A stretch of 62,825 nucleotides of DNA, the filler included, from Sphacelaria rigidula (taxonomy: Eukaryota), in assembly GCA_964200075.2 (NCBI GenBank). It is 6 parts of 6 records of this genome, joined end to end, with 100 filler letters (N's around TTAATTAATTAA, not from the genome) between each part and the next. Parts side by side here need not be neighbours in the genome. Positions count along the whole stretch, not along the records: positions 31,467 to 41,853 come from CAXNAA020006596.1; positions 41,954 to 52,339 come from CAXNAA020006597.1; 4 more parts are not named here. The stretch is one strand, 5' to 3'. The notes under the pieces were generated by a model. It was not told the DNA's origin. It was given only the letters and a program-made list of their open reading frames with translations, and did not search any database. Numbering within the stretch: the first letter of the stretch is position 1; each line of letters starts with the position of its first letter. Both the position numbers and the translations under genes were made by a program. Positions 37,032 through 49,800 of the stretch are shown here, piece by piece.

Positions 37032-39490
37032 TTTTAACTCCTTCACTGGGTGATGAGGAAGTTTAGGCTGTTCGTGCGGCGGACGCTGCTCCTTCATGGC
37101 TGTGTTGATATCCTTCCACGTCGACAACGTTATTGCATCCCGAAACTGCACACCCTTGCGCCCTACCGCCCCGTCATACTGCCGCTTCCTCCCGGCGTAT
37201 ATTGCGGGCCGCGTGAGGTGGACGGGTAAAGGGCATGGCTTGTCGGGTTGAGCAAAAAGCTCCCTTTTGTGATGAACAAGAGCGATGTTGCTGTCCCCCT
37301 TCTTCTTGGCTTTATGCTGGGCCATCCTCAATCGCGTCCTCCCCAGCTGCCGAGGGTCACTACTCAGGTCCAGTTCCTTGATAACCATGTCGGGCAGCGG
37401 TGATAGAGAACGGTCCTGTAGATGGTGAATTGCTGATGATGAAGTTTCTGAAATGGATGATGATGCCGAAGAACCGTTGAACATCTGGGGTGAAGGCGGT
37501 TGTTGGAACGGTGAAGTCGGTTATGAGGGTGGTGAAGTCGGCAGTATGTCGCTCGGGGATTGTTTGTGTTGCATGGCGACTGATGATGACTGTACCGACG
37601 GTGCGGTGAAAGGTAGAAGTGGATAATATGGCGCAGTGGTGAATAGAACTGGCGGCGCCGGAACGGTTGTATGGCGTAGCGGCGGCGAGACAGCATGTCG
37701 CCGTGGCTGCGATGGAAATGGAAATGGCGATGGCGGCACGGTTGTACGGCGTAGCGGCAGCGGAACAGCATGTCACGGTGGCGGCAGGACAGTACGATGT
37801 CGCGGCGGAACAGTGTGATATGTTTCCGGCGGGGCGGGATAATAAGATCGCGACGGTGGAAGATTCTGGTATGGCGGCGGCGCCGGAGACGGAATGATGT
37901 GGTCGCGATTGGATGGTATGATGTGATCGCGACGGTGGAAGAGTCTGGTGAAGTAGCGGCGGCGTGTTGTCGGCGGCGGCGCCGGAGACGGATTGATGTG
38001 TTCGCGGTTGGATGGAATGATGTGATTGCGATTGCCGAACAGTCTGGTGTGGCGGCGGCGCCGGAGACGGAATGATGTGACCGCGAGTGGATGGTATGAT
38101 GTGATCGCGACGGCGGAACGGTACGGTGTGACGGCGGCGGCGGGTGATCGGCGGTGGCGGCGGAAGCGGAAGCGTCGGAGTCACCAGAAGCGTGTTCTCC
38201 CCTCTCCACTTCCGTCGAGCGGCGCTGGTGACTGGAGTGGTAGACGAGGTACTTGCTAGACCACATTGTTGGTGTAACAAACGGATCCGGTTACGGCTTG
38301 GATAGCTTTCACCGTTGACGAGAAGTGGTGGCTACCGTTGTTGAGGTAGTAGCAGGTGATAGCTTCCGGGTCCATCTTCGAGCAACGGTTTATCGTCATC
38401 ATCCCAGGTTGAAGGAATGGGACAATCTGGAGGGTAGGGGCAAGGTTGGTGAAGGTCTGGTAGGCCGGTACTTTTGCAGGGTTGGCCATCGTCGCGGAGC
38501 GGTTGAAACCATCGGCGACCCACACTGCGAATTCCATTCAGAGTCCATCCAAGGTGCCACCTAAAGTGGGGATGGCAGTGTAGACTTCAGCGGGGAGGAG
38601 ACGCGGAGCTTCACAGCGCGCAGCGTGACCAGCCTTCATTACGCGCCAGACTGCACTCTCGGCTACAGCATTCTGCTTCGGCGTATCGGGCGCGGTATAC
38701 CCGCGGCGAATCCGGACATCGTCACAAAAGTCGATGAAATCCTGCGATCGTAATTCACCGCCGTTGTCGATATGGAAGGACCGCCGTAGTGCAGATTTGA
38801 TTGACGGCGGCCATGTAGCCCTTCACCTTCGCCGAGGCTTGTGCGTTCCTCGCCAAGCCGTATAGCGTGATGAAGCGCGACTTGCTATCCACGCAGACAA
38901 GCATGTATAGTGAACCGCCCAGTGTCCGCACATGAGGTCCCGCAAGGTTCAGGTGCACGATGCCGAGGACCGTAGCCGATCGAGTACTCAAGCGTGGAAT
39001 CGCTGCACGTCGCCCTAATTTCCTCCACACATCCTGCGTAGGGCGTACTCTGTCCTGTGAGGGTTATACCCTATTGGCGGCAGTTGCTTGAAGAACGGTC
39101 TCATGAGCATGGGAGAGGGAAGCATGGAAGTGGTTAATGTCCAGTGTCCGTTGGGGCTTTCCAACAGTTGATGGTCGACGACCGGGGGCAATAAGTGAAA
39201 GTGCCGAATCCGAAATCTCCTTCTCACTTTATTCCTTTATGCTGAGAGCTCGAGAGAAAAACGCCGGGGGGCTACTCTCAGTACTCTCATGCTCATCTGA
39301 CGATAAAGATGTGGAAACGCTTAGGTCGGGTAAACCCAAACCTGGAACTGCAATCAATCCTGTGGGAACCCTACTGATGTTGCTATGGCTGCCCGAAATT
39401 GAGGTACTCTTAGGTGGATACTCTGAACTTTGAGTAAATTGCTCTGTAGGTGCAGAGGGATCGATTTCAACAGTCCACGAGGGGAACACG

Positions 39491-39935
39491 CCGACAGAAG
39501 AACGCGAAGACAAAGACGTAGCAGGGGCACGCGGCGGAACTACACTAGTCGGGGGTACGCCGACAGAAGAACGCGAAGACAAAGTCGCAGTAGGGACACG
39601 CGGTGGAACCACACTAGTCGGGGGTACGCCGACAGAAGAACGCGAAGACAAATTCGTAGCAGGGGCACGCGGCGGAACTACACCAGTCGGGGGTACGCCG
39701 ACAGAAGAACGCGAAGACAAAGTCTCAGTGGGAACGCGTGACTGTACTGTACTACTTGGCGCGGGGGGTGCGCCGACGGGAGAGCACGAAGGCAAAGTCT
39801 CAGTTGGAACGCGTGACTGTACTGTACTACTTGGCGCGGGGGTGCACCGACGGGAGAACACAAAGGCAAAGTCTCAGTTGGAACGCGAGACGGTACTGTA
39901 ATAGTCAGCGCGGGGGGTGCACCGACGGAAGAACG
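39491..39935 (-). repeat. Coding-phase minisatellite in copia pol (69-bp and 74/75-bp periods)
   Basis: ccgac anchor at 39491, 39560, 39629, 39698, 39773, 39847 and 39922; encodes SSRSSVGVPPTSVVPPRAPATSL repeats. Confidence 0.9.
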
Positions 39936-40105
39936 CCTGGAGTCGCCTATGGCGGGCGCTGCAATCGAAGCATGATCAAAAGTGGGCGGCAAACGTTTCG
40001 CAAACTGAGATGATGAACGCGAATAACGGTCGAACCGTAATATCTCCTGGAATAAAGATACACTTGCTCTGGTCAAAGTAATCTCCTATTTTTGTTGTAC
40101 CTGAT

Positions 40106-40355
40106 GAGTCATCCTACGATAGGGGGGGGGGGGGGTTGGGCCACTTCTTGCACGAAATTCCAAGGCAAATCGTCCTTGAAATCAGCAGAGGTTGCTCGAA
40201 CGAGCTTGTTATAGATAAATAACGCTCATTTATAACGATTGACACCGTTATGAACCAAATACAAGCGCATCGCGAGTGTGGCAGGTTGTCTGACACACTT
40301 TTGAGCCATTTTTTCGTGCAATCAAACACCCCCCTCCCCCTATCGTAGGATGACT
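40106..40355. mobile_element. GAG...CTC MITE (Sola-like), copy 3
   Basis: Same TIR and interior as 35968-36217. Confidence 0.85.
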
Positions 40356-41853
40356 GATTTTAAAAAATGTTGAACTTGGTACCATCAAGCACATACACGT
40401 CAGTGAGCTGGACATAAAAGCTGCTGGACTCAGCTTCGTCAGTGGATCCCATATATAATCTTAGGTAGAGACTACCGATCGCTTTGACTGGAAGTTACTC
40501 GTACAGTACTATATTTCCTAGAATTACATTCTCATTACCATGAGGGGGAGCTCGCACAGTAGATCGCTATCCATACTCCCTGTGGTATGGTGAGAAGCAC
40601 CACTATCAGCAATCTATTCCTCCATACCAATTCTCCCGTCCGACACACTCGCACTATGCAACATAGCATATTCCTGCAAATCAATATCACCATGCCCAAC
40701 ACGGAACTTGCCTCGCTACATAGAAAACGTCATGCACAATTGTGGATGCTCCGACGTAGACGCATCGCTAGGTGGAGATGAACTGGTGGGGGGGGGGCTT
40801 CAGGCTGATGATACTGTCCATATGGGTCGTGGAAATAGGCTGCAGGCTAATGATGCTTTTGACTTGGTGTGTGGTATGGAACGGGATAGTGTGGGTAGTA
40901 GTAACATACTGGTGGAGGAGATTGGTAGGTGAATGGAGGAGGATGCTGTGGGTGTTGTTGAGGATATGTTGGTGTGTAGTAGTCGACTGGTGTGGATAAT
41001 GTTGGGGCTGCGGTTATAGCAACATTTATGCAAAATTGCAAACCCGACAAACACATGATACACATTTTACTTGTGTGTCTTTGTTATATTACTCTTCCCG
41101 CCCCAACGCTTATGAGCGGGACTGTGACAGCTAGTTGATAATCTATATCAAAGCATATGGGCGTAGTGCGCAATCAAAAACTTCTGTATACAGGTTGATA
41201 AAACGAATCCACCGTTGTACGTTACAATACTCGCGCTAGACAATTTTCAATTAAAGCAAGGTCCTGCATACAAACCGATGCAGTAAAATCAGTAACGAAA
41301 CCTCAAATCAAATACGATGTGCTTGCAAACCATGTGCTATGGTGATAGTACAGCCAATCTCTCCTCAAATAATGTTTTGGGAAATTATTTATACTTGTGT
41401 ACAGTCAAACGAGCAACCACAGATATACGTCCATACCATGCTTTACTGCGCTATGTAGCCAAATGATACCAAGCCGTAAGCTTTCAGTATAACCGCATAC
41501 ATGGTTGGAGCAGTGGCAGGGGACAGGGGATCCTGGATTGATGGTCCTTTTCTGTGTTGTCGTGTAAAATACAATTCTGAACTGTGAAATACTGCGACCT
41601 GATCGCACGAATAAGTGTTCCGTTTCAAACAAACACGGAAAGTTCAAGTGGCATGATGCTGTACTACGTCCTGTGCTTCGAGAAGAGCGATGTTACTGGT
41701 GATGCTTGTTAGAAAAGTGTCGCGATGAACCCTTTGACGTGATCGCTAGAGTTGGCGCAATGGCACTTAAGCCAAGCAAGCAGACAAGCTGCTTTGGAGT
41801 GTAGACAGAAGATGATGTTCAAGGAGCCTCTTGCGGGCAAGACAGTCCAAACA

Positions 41854-41953
41854 NNNNNNNNNNNNNNNNNNNNNNNNNNNNNNNNNNNNNNNNNNNNTTA
41901 ATTAATTAANNNNNNNNNNNNNNNNNNNNNNNNNNNNNNNNNNNNNNNNNNNN
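41854..41953. other. Artificial contig spacer
   Basis: 44 N + TTAATTAATTAA + 44 N. Confidence 0.99.
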
Positions 41954-43255
41954 ATATCTGTTGCAGAACAGCTCAGATCGCCCTCAAACTCGGCAGTTCC
42001 GTAGGTATTGATGCTCAAAATGGAAAAAATTGTTTTCTTGACAATATATCATGGTTTCTCCGTTCTCTACCGGCTTCCGGGGGTCCCAGCATGAAGACCC
42101 CCCGGGAGGCGGTAAAGAATGCTCTAAAAGAAAAATAACGAAATGATGCGTCCCGAGAGAGTCCAAGGAACACATGTACAAAGTTTGGTGGAGAAACTCG
42201 AAAACCTTGTACAGTTTTTCTCGCCTTGACGTCAAATTCACCCCAAAAGACGTTTTCATACTCAAACCAAGTAGTTAGGAGTTGCACGTCTCAAGCCCAC
42301 GTCCTCCACAAACGCGCAAACTTTCACGCTGTCATTAGGAGTTGGATCCTGAAACTTTGCATACACATACCATGTATCATTAAGCAACTTTCTACGGACG
42401 ATGCTTATTGTATTTCTTGAGTTTTCCACCGTTTTTCGGGGGTCCGACGGGATCGAAGCCGTTTTTCGAAGTAGTCTCCATTCCGAGACCCCAGAAAAAC
42501 GACACTACGATAGTGTTTTTCATTTTTTCGCAAATGATCTGCCTCAGCATAACCCAAGGATTGGGCTCCACAATTTTTCGTCGCAAAACTCGATCAACTG
42601 ATGCTTGAATTTCCATGTTAACGTCGTAAAAGGCCCGAAAACGCCGTTTTGGTACTAAAATCAACTACTTTGCGGTTTCACCGCGGCACGGCAAAGTTCA
42701 TCGCACAAAAGCAAAAAACCTCACGCCGTTTTGAGGAGTAAGACCCTGAAATTTTGTACAACTGTGCTCTGCGTCATTACACAACTTTGCATGAACGGGG
42801 TTTTTCGATTTTGTTTTTGTTACCGTTTTACGGGGGTCCGATTGGGTCGAGGTTTCCCCCCCAAACTGGGACCCCCGAAAAACGGTGGAAAAAGTCAAGA
42901 AGTAAAAGAACCCCGACCTTCGAAAGTTGAGCAATTACCCATAAAACACTCGTGCAAAATTTTCAGGGTCTAACTCCTTAAAACGGCGTGAGGTTTTGCC
43001 GATGAGTGTTTTTGGGTGATCAACCTGAACCAGCCTGTAGGAGATTGTTTTTTAAAAAAATTTCGTAGCCGGCGGCTTCCAAAGTTTTTTTTGCGTGCCA
43101 CTGCTCATCCCAGCGAGTGGTTGATCCCAATGCTTGGGAGTAGGGAGATACTAGGCATCTGCTCCACATTCCGAAACAAAAATCGCATCTGCGCTCAATA
43201 TTGAACGACTTCCGAGCTGAAATGATAGGGGGTGTTATTGACCATTTTTGCTCCA
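41954..43255. repeat. Non-coding repeat with internal direct and inverted motifs; probable non-autonomous DNA transposon part
   Basis: ttttccaccgtttttcgggggtcc (42422) inverted at 42869; ctcacgccgtttt (42720) inverted at about 42980. Confidence 0.45.
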
Positions 43256-44039
43256 CAACACAATTGTTTTCGGTTTAAGCGCAATGAATAGGTGAAATAA
43301 AAAAACAAAGGTCGGTATCATCATTCATGAGAGTGATCGGAATTGGTTTACCCTCGCCTGTGCTATGCAGAGCTCGGTCGGGCAATTTTCGTTTTTTGGT
43401 ACTTGTCTGGATTTTTTCGTGTAGTATCCGTCCTCGGCGCTTAAAAGTCCCAGCGTGGACAGATATGGGGAAGAGACGCAGGTCGTGCTCAGAAGACAAT
43501 AGTCAGTTAATGCTGTCGGGGTTATACTGAGGAAGTGACTTGTTCATCAGTGGGTGTTATCGCCCGTCACTGGTCCAAGAAACACAGTTTTTCAGCCTCA
43601 TTAGGTCAATAAATATGTCGACATTATAGAAAACAACCCTTTTCATTTGTTCACAAAAATGACTGGGTTTACTTCAATCGGGAAATCATACTCATGGGCG
43701 AGAGCGTGGGGCTGGGTAGTCTCAGGACCCCCGGAATCCGGTCAGGCCGTGAGTCGTTCAATATTAAACGCAAGTATGATATTCTGTTGCGATGGTACAG
43801 CGTAGTATGTGTGCGGTGCACGGTGGCTCGTACTGTTAGGTAGGCTGACTGCTGGCACGAAGTGCGAATTTATTCACGGTTCGGACGAATCAGAGTTCAT
43901 ACGGGCTGACTCCCCGTGAATGTTGAATGCGGGTCATGTACCAAGTATTCATTTGGTATGAATCACGGATGGTAAAGTTGTATGTTCAAGGTCATACCGC
44001 ACGAATCACGGGCTGAGAATGCGTACACTCTAAGTAGCA

Positions 44040-45268
44040 TCAGACGAATCAAGAGTGCAAAATGTGTACGAACTACACTTTCTGTATGAAGCTTTGGTGG
44101 GAAACATGAACACTTGATTCATCTCGTGTGAATCGTATGTAGGGAACATGTACGTACGAAGATTGGTGGGAAACTTGTACCTGTGATTCACCTCGTATAG
44201 ATGGAAGACGGAGAACATGTACGTATGATTCATACTGCATAAACGGAAATTGGGAATCATGTACCTGTGATTCACCTCGTATGAATGGAGGGTGTAGAAC
44301 GCGTGCCTATGGTTCATACTGCAGAGGTGGAAGGGGACACATGTGTACGCTTGATTCACCACGTATGAATGGAAGGCGGAACGCATATATCTATGAGTGA
44401 TGCTCACGAACGCAAGTTGAAAACATGTACATGTATCACGTGATTCATGCTGTTTGAATCATAGGAAAAAAAATAGCTAGAAGAATCACTCTAGGCGCGC
44501 AGATGCGGACTGTGCCATGCTATACCGTACTGACCGCGCACTGCCGAGTATGCTGCCGGAGTTTTCCCGAGAGCGCCGGCGAGTATGCGAGGATGAGTCG
44601 TGCTCGTGCTGTGTTCTTCACAAGTGTTGGTGGTATTGTATACAGCATGCTCAGGTCAACTGTACCACAGAACACAACATTAAACCGTAAAGGCTACCAA
44701 CAGCATAGCTCGGGGGGAAAAGCTGGCTAGAGAAACCGCTCTGGGCTCGCAGACGCGTGTGTAGCACTGTATTTAATGTGTTGCGTGTGACTACAAAATT
44801 TAAAATTAGGTGTATTGCGGGATCACCTTTGAGAGGTTCGCGACCTGTACGCTATTTTTGCCCACCCCACCTGCAAAAGGGCCGCGCCACCGAAGAGTCG
44901 TACGCCATGAAATGACGGGTGGGAAACAGCATGTATGTTCACATGATTTATATCATATAAACAGAAGGTGGAGAACATTTACGCATGATTCGCGCTGCAT
45001 GTCGTTAAACATATACACTTGATCCATCTGGTATGAATGAAAGGTGGGGAACATGTACGCATGAATCATGCCGCATAAATGGGAATTGAGAAACAGGTAT
45101 GTATGATTCACCACGTATGGATGGAAGGCGGAGAACATGTACGCATGATTCATGCTGCATGAACGGAAGTTGGGAAACATGTACGCTTGATTCACCTCGT
45201 ATGAATGGAAGGTGCAGAACGTGTGCCCACGATTTATGCTGAATGAACGGAAATTGGGAAACGTGTAC
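44040..45268. repeat. 42-bp tandem array (84-bp dimer), interrupted at about 44460-44925; resumes at 50924-51050
   Basis: gattca-like anchor at 44185, 44227, 44269, 44311, 44353 and 44395. Confidence 0.85.
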
Positions 45269-45533
45269 TGTGCCGAAATGACGCCGTTAAGCTGAATTGG
45301 TAGTGATGATCTGTATAATGGCCGGAGGCAGGGGGATTCTGGAGAATTCAGGGAGGATTCTGGATAATGACCGGGGACACGGGCATGATACCCTGCGGGT
45401 CTATGAGGCTGTGTTTGCAAGGGCACTCCGGATAATGAGATGTTGCAAAGGCTGACAACTGAAAACTGAGGTCAGTGCGACTTGGGAGTCCCTCAACAGC
45501 AGTGATCCACCAGTTTTTCTGGCTGGCGTCATA
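45269..45533 (+). repeat. Gypsy 5' LTR
   Basis: Direct repeat of 50656-50923. Confidence 0.9.
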
Positions 45534-45831
45534 ATATCGATAATAGTGCTAGAGATAGTACCTAGCGGAACCTGCTGGGAGAATTTCGGCGGAAGAGTCT
45601 GGTAGCTGGGGACAACCTGATTCACCACGGACGCGTGGAGAGGGTTCAAGCTGAGGTGATCGGCAGAAAAGCGGTTGACCTGTGATTGATCCAGACTGGA
45701 GCTGAAGCTGCGTGCAGCGAGAGTTTGGAGGCTCCTACGACTGTGTGGTGCGGCGACGAAGCAGGGGTGAAGTGCGCAGTTCCCGACGGTCCCCTGGCAT
45801 GCGAAGAGTTCGCAGGTAGCCGGCTGCTATT

Positions 45832-46765
45832 ATGGCGACCGGCTCACGTGCTGCACCCAGCGTGACGCCCGTGGTTACGCTGGAAGAGTTGCGACCTCCC
45901 CAATACGGGGATAGGTACTCCGAGAGTGCATCTCGCACTTTCTACCCCAAGTACTTGGAGTACAGGAAGCGTGTGGAGCACGCTGACGCAGGGGGTGCTG
46001 TGCGACATAAGGTATCAATAGTGTCGATGGCTCAACAAGTGCCGACGCATGTGCAGAGAGTGTTTGCTCGTGTGGAACATGGTGAGAGCACAGTCAGCCC
46101 GCCGCAATTGGTTGCGGCGATTACAAAGCATGCCAGGCATGCGGTGGGCGCCGAGGTGGACTTGACCCAAGCGTCCGCGGCCGTGGCGGAAGCTGTCGCC
46201 ATGGAGTCGCGCCGAAAGACGGGGCTACAGCGGGTGGAGCCAATCCTGTCCAATCTGGAGAAATACTTCTCGGATAATCCGAACGTGGAACTCGTATATC
46301 GCTCCCCCGATGGGGAGTTCATTACCGACCCGCCTGCAGTAATCACTAAGGCTTTGGTGGAGAGATTGGCGCCGGAAAAATTCAAGCAAGCCGTGCTTGT
46401 TTGTTAAGTTGCAGCACGAAACAAATTGGAAGGCCGACCCTTCCCTTATAATGGACGCCGTCGTGGCCGAGACCAAGGAGTGGCGGATAATAGAGGTGTC
46501 CGGCCAGTCGTCCATCTCCACGCCGAAGTGTTTGCGCCACCACAGCTCGAAATTGGCCGGCCGCACTGCGACCATCACCTGCCACCGCTGTGGCCAGGTC
46601 GGCCATTACGCGCGCGATTGCCTAACGTCTTCCGGTGGAGAGTCTGGGCAGTCTCATGCCGCACGCCATCAGCATTGTCAGCACGAGGGCAAAGGACGAG
46701 GTAATCGGGGTGGTGGCGGTGGCGGATCCTCTGGCGGTGGAGGGTCGCAGTCGAGTCCTCAGTAG
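45832..46765 (+). pseudogene. gag: Gypsy gag with CCHC zinc knuckle, frameshifted
   Basis: ORF 45832-46407, then CHRCGQVGHYARDC in a shifted frame. Confidence 0.85.
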
Positions 46766-46852
46766 CGGCAGCAGCAGCGGGGGCAGCGGGGGCAGCATGG
46801 GTCTGGTTCTGGGTCCGGCGCCGCTGTAGGTGCTGCTGCTCCGCAATGCGCG

Positions 46853-49800
46853 GTGCAGGTGGGACCGACTTCTACAGTGTCGAACACTGCGCCGGCGCCG
46901 GTGGCGGCGCCGGTGGCGGTGGCGACACCGGCCGCAGCGCCAGGCGCGACGTCTGCTGATACGCTGGTCGGAGTTTCGCCAAATTCTTGTTCTGCTAGCT
47001 GGAGATCGTACCCGCCAGCGCTGCCGTTTGAACCTGCCGGGGCGTCTTCGCCTGCGCAGCTTTGGCGGCCGTGGCGTCACATGGAATTAGTGGCGCATCG
47101 GTCGGCGCATCAAGTGCCAGTAGAGTTTGCGGACAAGTCCGTTCCTGGGGAATCGTATCTTCCAAATCATCGGGAGCGTCGAGCTATTGCGGTTCGGGCT
47201 GTGTTGGATTCTGGAGCTCACTTCACGAGTAATATAAATCTGTTGGTGCAGATGTTGGAGCGTCTTCTCCCGAGTGTGCCGCTGCGCATTCCGTTTTTGC
47301 TCGGGGCGCGGCAGGCCGTCACCGCGTCGGGTCAGCATGTTTCCGTCACGGAGCGTACTGTTCCACTGCAGGTTGCTTTCACGACTTCCTAGGGGCCGGA
47401 ACCGTTGCCTCCTATCTTGTTGGCGATCATGCCGGGGTCTGATGGCATCATTCGTCTGGGGTTGCCGACGCTTCAGGATCTTGGAGTCGACCCGTATGCG
47501 CGGTTGTGGGACTCCATGAAGACGCGAATGTCTCCGCCTGGTCCGCGCTTGGAGACTGCCGCCTTTTTGCGCAGTCGTCGCGTGAGCTTATCGGTGGATG
47601 CTTTTCAGGAGGCTGGAAGGCAGGTGACTGAGGAGCGGGATGAGGCGGTGGAACGCTTGGTGGAGCGCGGCCCGGGGATGTTCATGGATCCGGCGGAAGA
47701 GGGGTCCGCTCGGAAGGTCGCGCTGATGGAGAGCGTGGCGGATGCTGTGGCGAAAGGTCTCAGCGTCTCAAAAGCGGAGCGCCTGCGCGACATCTTGCAT
47801 CGCCGCGTCAACGCGTTTCGTCGTGTGCTGCAGGGTGATCCCCCTGCGCGAGTGGAGCCCATGCGTGTTCAGCTGAACTCTGGGGCGTCCGCAGTGAAGA
47901 CGAAGCCGCGGCGGTACAATCTCGTAAAGTCGAGTTGGTTGGCGTCGTGCATGGCGGCTCTTTTGGCGCTCGGGTTGGTGTTCCGGAACTTGCAGGCTGT
48001 GTGGTACAGTCCAGCTATGGCGATTCCGAAGAAGGACTCGCTACGCCTGGCAAGCGATTACAAGGCCGTGATTGAGCAGGTTGAGAAGTCGCCGGGTGTG
48101 ATGCCCGACCAAGAGTCGGACATGCTTGATCTGTTGAGTTCTCACTTCGAGACAGTCGGTTTGTTTGCGGCTGCGCACACGCGTCCCTTTTTCGCTAGTG
48201 GACTCGTGTGATGTGGGAAAGTGTACTCACACGGACGCGTATCTCATGACCCTATCGGATTGCAAGGCTTGTCTGACATGCGTCGCCCGCAGACGGTCGC
48301 AGAACTCATGCAATTCCTTCAGACCGTGAATTGGCTGTGTACCTCGTTGCCGCGTATGGCAGAAATCGTAGCTCCCTTACGTATTTTACTCGAAGAACTC
48401 ATGGCGGGTGCTGCGAGGTGGACGAAGCGTGTGGCAAAAAACCGCGCTATTTCGCCTGCATCGTGGACGGAGGGCAGGCTACAGGCGTGGGCGGCAGCGA
48501 AGGATCTGGCGGCTCTTGCCGTGACGCTGTTTCATCCTCGTCCTGATTCTCAGGTGTTGATGTTTCCAGATGAATCTGAGTGTCATTGGGGTAGTTTTGT
48601 CACGCAGGTGCCTAAAGTTGAAATGCAACGACGCTTGCCGGTTGAGGATATGACGCATGAACCGCCGGCTTTCCTCAGTGGTCGTGTCGAGGGTTCGCAC
48701 TTGGGTTGGGCCACAATTGACAAATAAGGTTTTGCTTTTGTGAGCACTTTTCGTCGTTTGGAGCATCTTTTGTGGGATGGCGTGCACATTTTCACGGATC
48801 ACCGAAATCTCGTGTATATTTTCAATCAGGAAGTGTGCGTTACGTCTGTGTCGAAGGCGTTGACACAACGTTTGGAGGGTTGGAAATGTGTTCTTGGCCA
48901 GTATCGTTACTCGACCTGCCATATTTCGGGTGACCGTAACGCGTGAGGTGACTTGCTTTCGCGTTGGGTGAATATTCCGGCTTTGCCTGTGCGCGCTGTG
49001 GCTGTGTATAGTCCGTGTGAACCTGATGACTCGATGCCGTCCAAATCTGTTGTCCGCCAAGCGCAACGAGAACAAGTTGGGGCCGAAGATGCGGATGTGC
49101 AATCTTTCGAGCCGGACGTCGGTACTGCTATCTTGGATAATGAAGGTTTGTTTCGTGTGCATGTGCGTGGCCGAAACGTTTTGTGGATTCCGAGTTCTGA
49201 CAAGCAGGTGCAGGTACGTGTGATGATTTGCGCGCACATGCGCGACGCCGGGCATCGTGGTGTAGCTGCGACGCTCGTGCGCTTGCAAGAGTTTTGTGTT
49301 TGGCGGGGGATAGAAACTCATGTGCGCGAATTTGTCTGCCAGTGTCTTCACTGTGCCAACTCGAGGGCGGGCGATGCTGTTCCCCGCCCGCTCGGTGAAA
49401 TGGTCCATGGGACCATGCCGAATGAAGTCGTTCATTTTGACTTTTTGTACGTGGGCGAGAGTGGCCCGCTAGGTTCCCAAGGTTCGTCGGAGGATGCTGG
49501 GTTTGGAAACATTTTGGTAATCATGGATGATTTGAGCAACTTTGTGTCCCTGGAACCAGTAGCAGTGTGTACTGCTGAATCGACTGCTGCATCTTTGCCA
49601 AACTAGAGGAAAACTTTGGGGGTGCCGCGTGTGTAGGTGAGGGATCCCGCCACTTATTTCAAGAATGCGATCTTGGCCCGATTGCGAGAGGCTTTGCACG
49701 TTGATCACTAGTTTGCGGTGGCGTATTTTCCGTGGTCTAACGGCACGTGCGAGCGCATGGTCAAGGAAGTAGCTCATGCTCTTCGCTCTCTTCTTCTTGA

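Larger units (their letters stand above)
35011..40700 (-). mobile_element. pol: Decayed Ty1/copia pol (PR-IN-RT-RH) carrying three MITE insertions
   Basis: Protease IADSGASHH (about 40600), integrase IVHLNLAGP/DNGGE/TPKQNAVAES, RT DIERAF and VVHVDDI, RNaseH YSDADYA/SEAEY/EDNQGAI/SKHID, in copia order. Confidence 0.92.

Noticed and set aside
44030..45426. ORFs with 14-aa periodic His/Tyr/Met repeats, and a CRISPR-like look of the array
   Set aside because: By-product of a 42-bp tandem unit inside a TIR element; the units are contiguous and degenerate, with no unique spacers and no cas genes.
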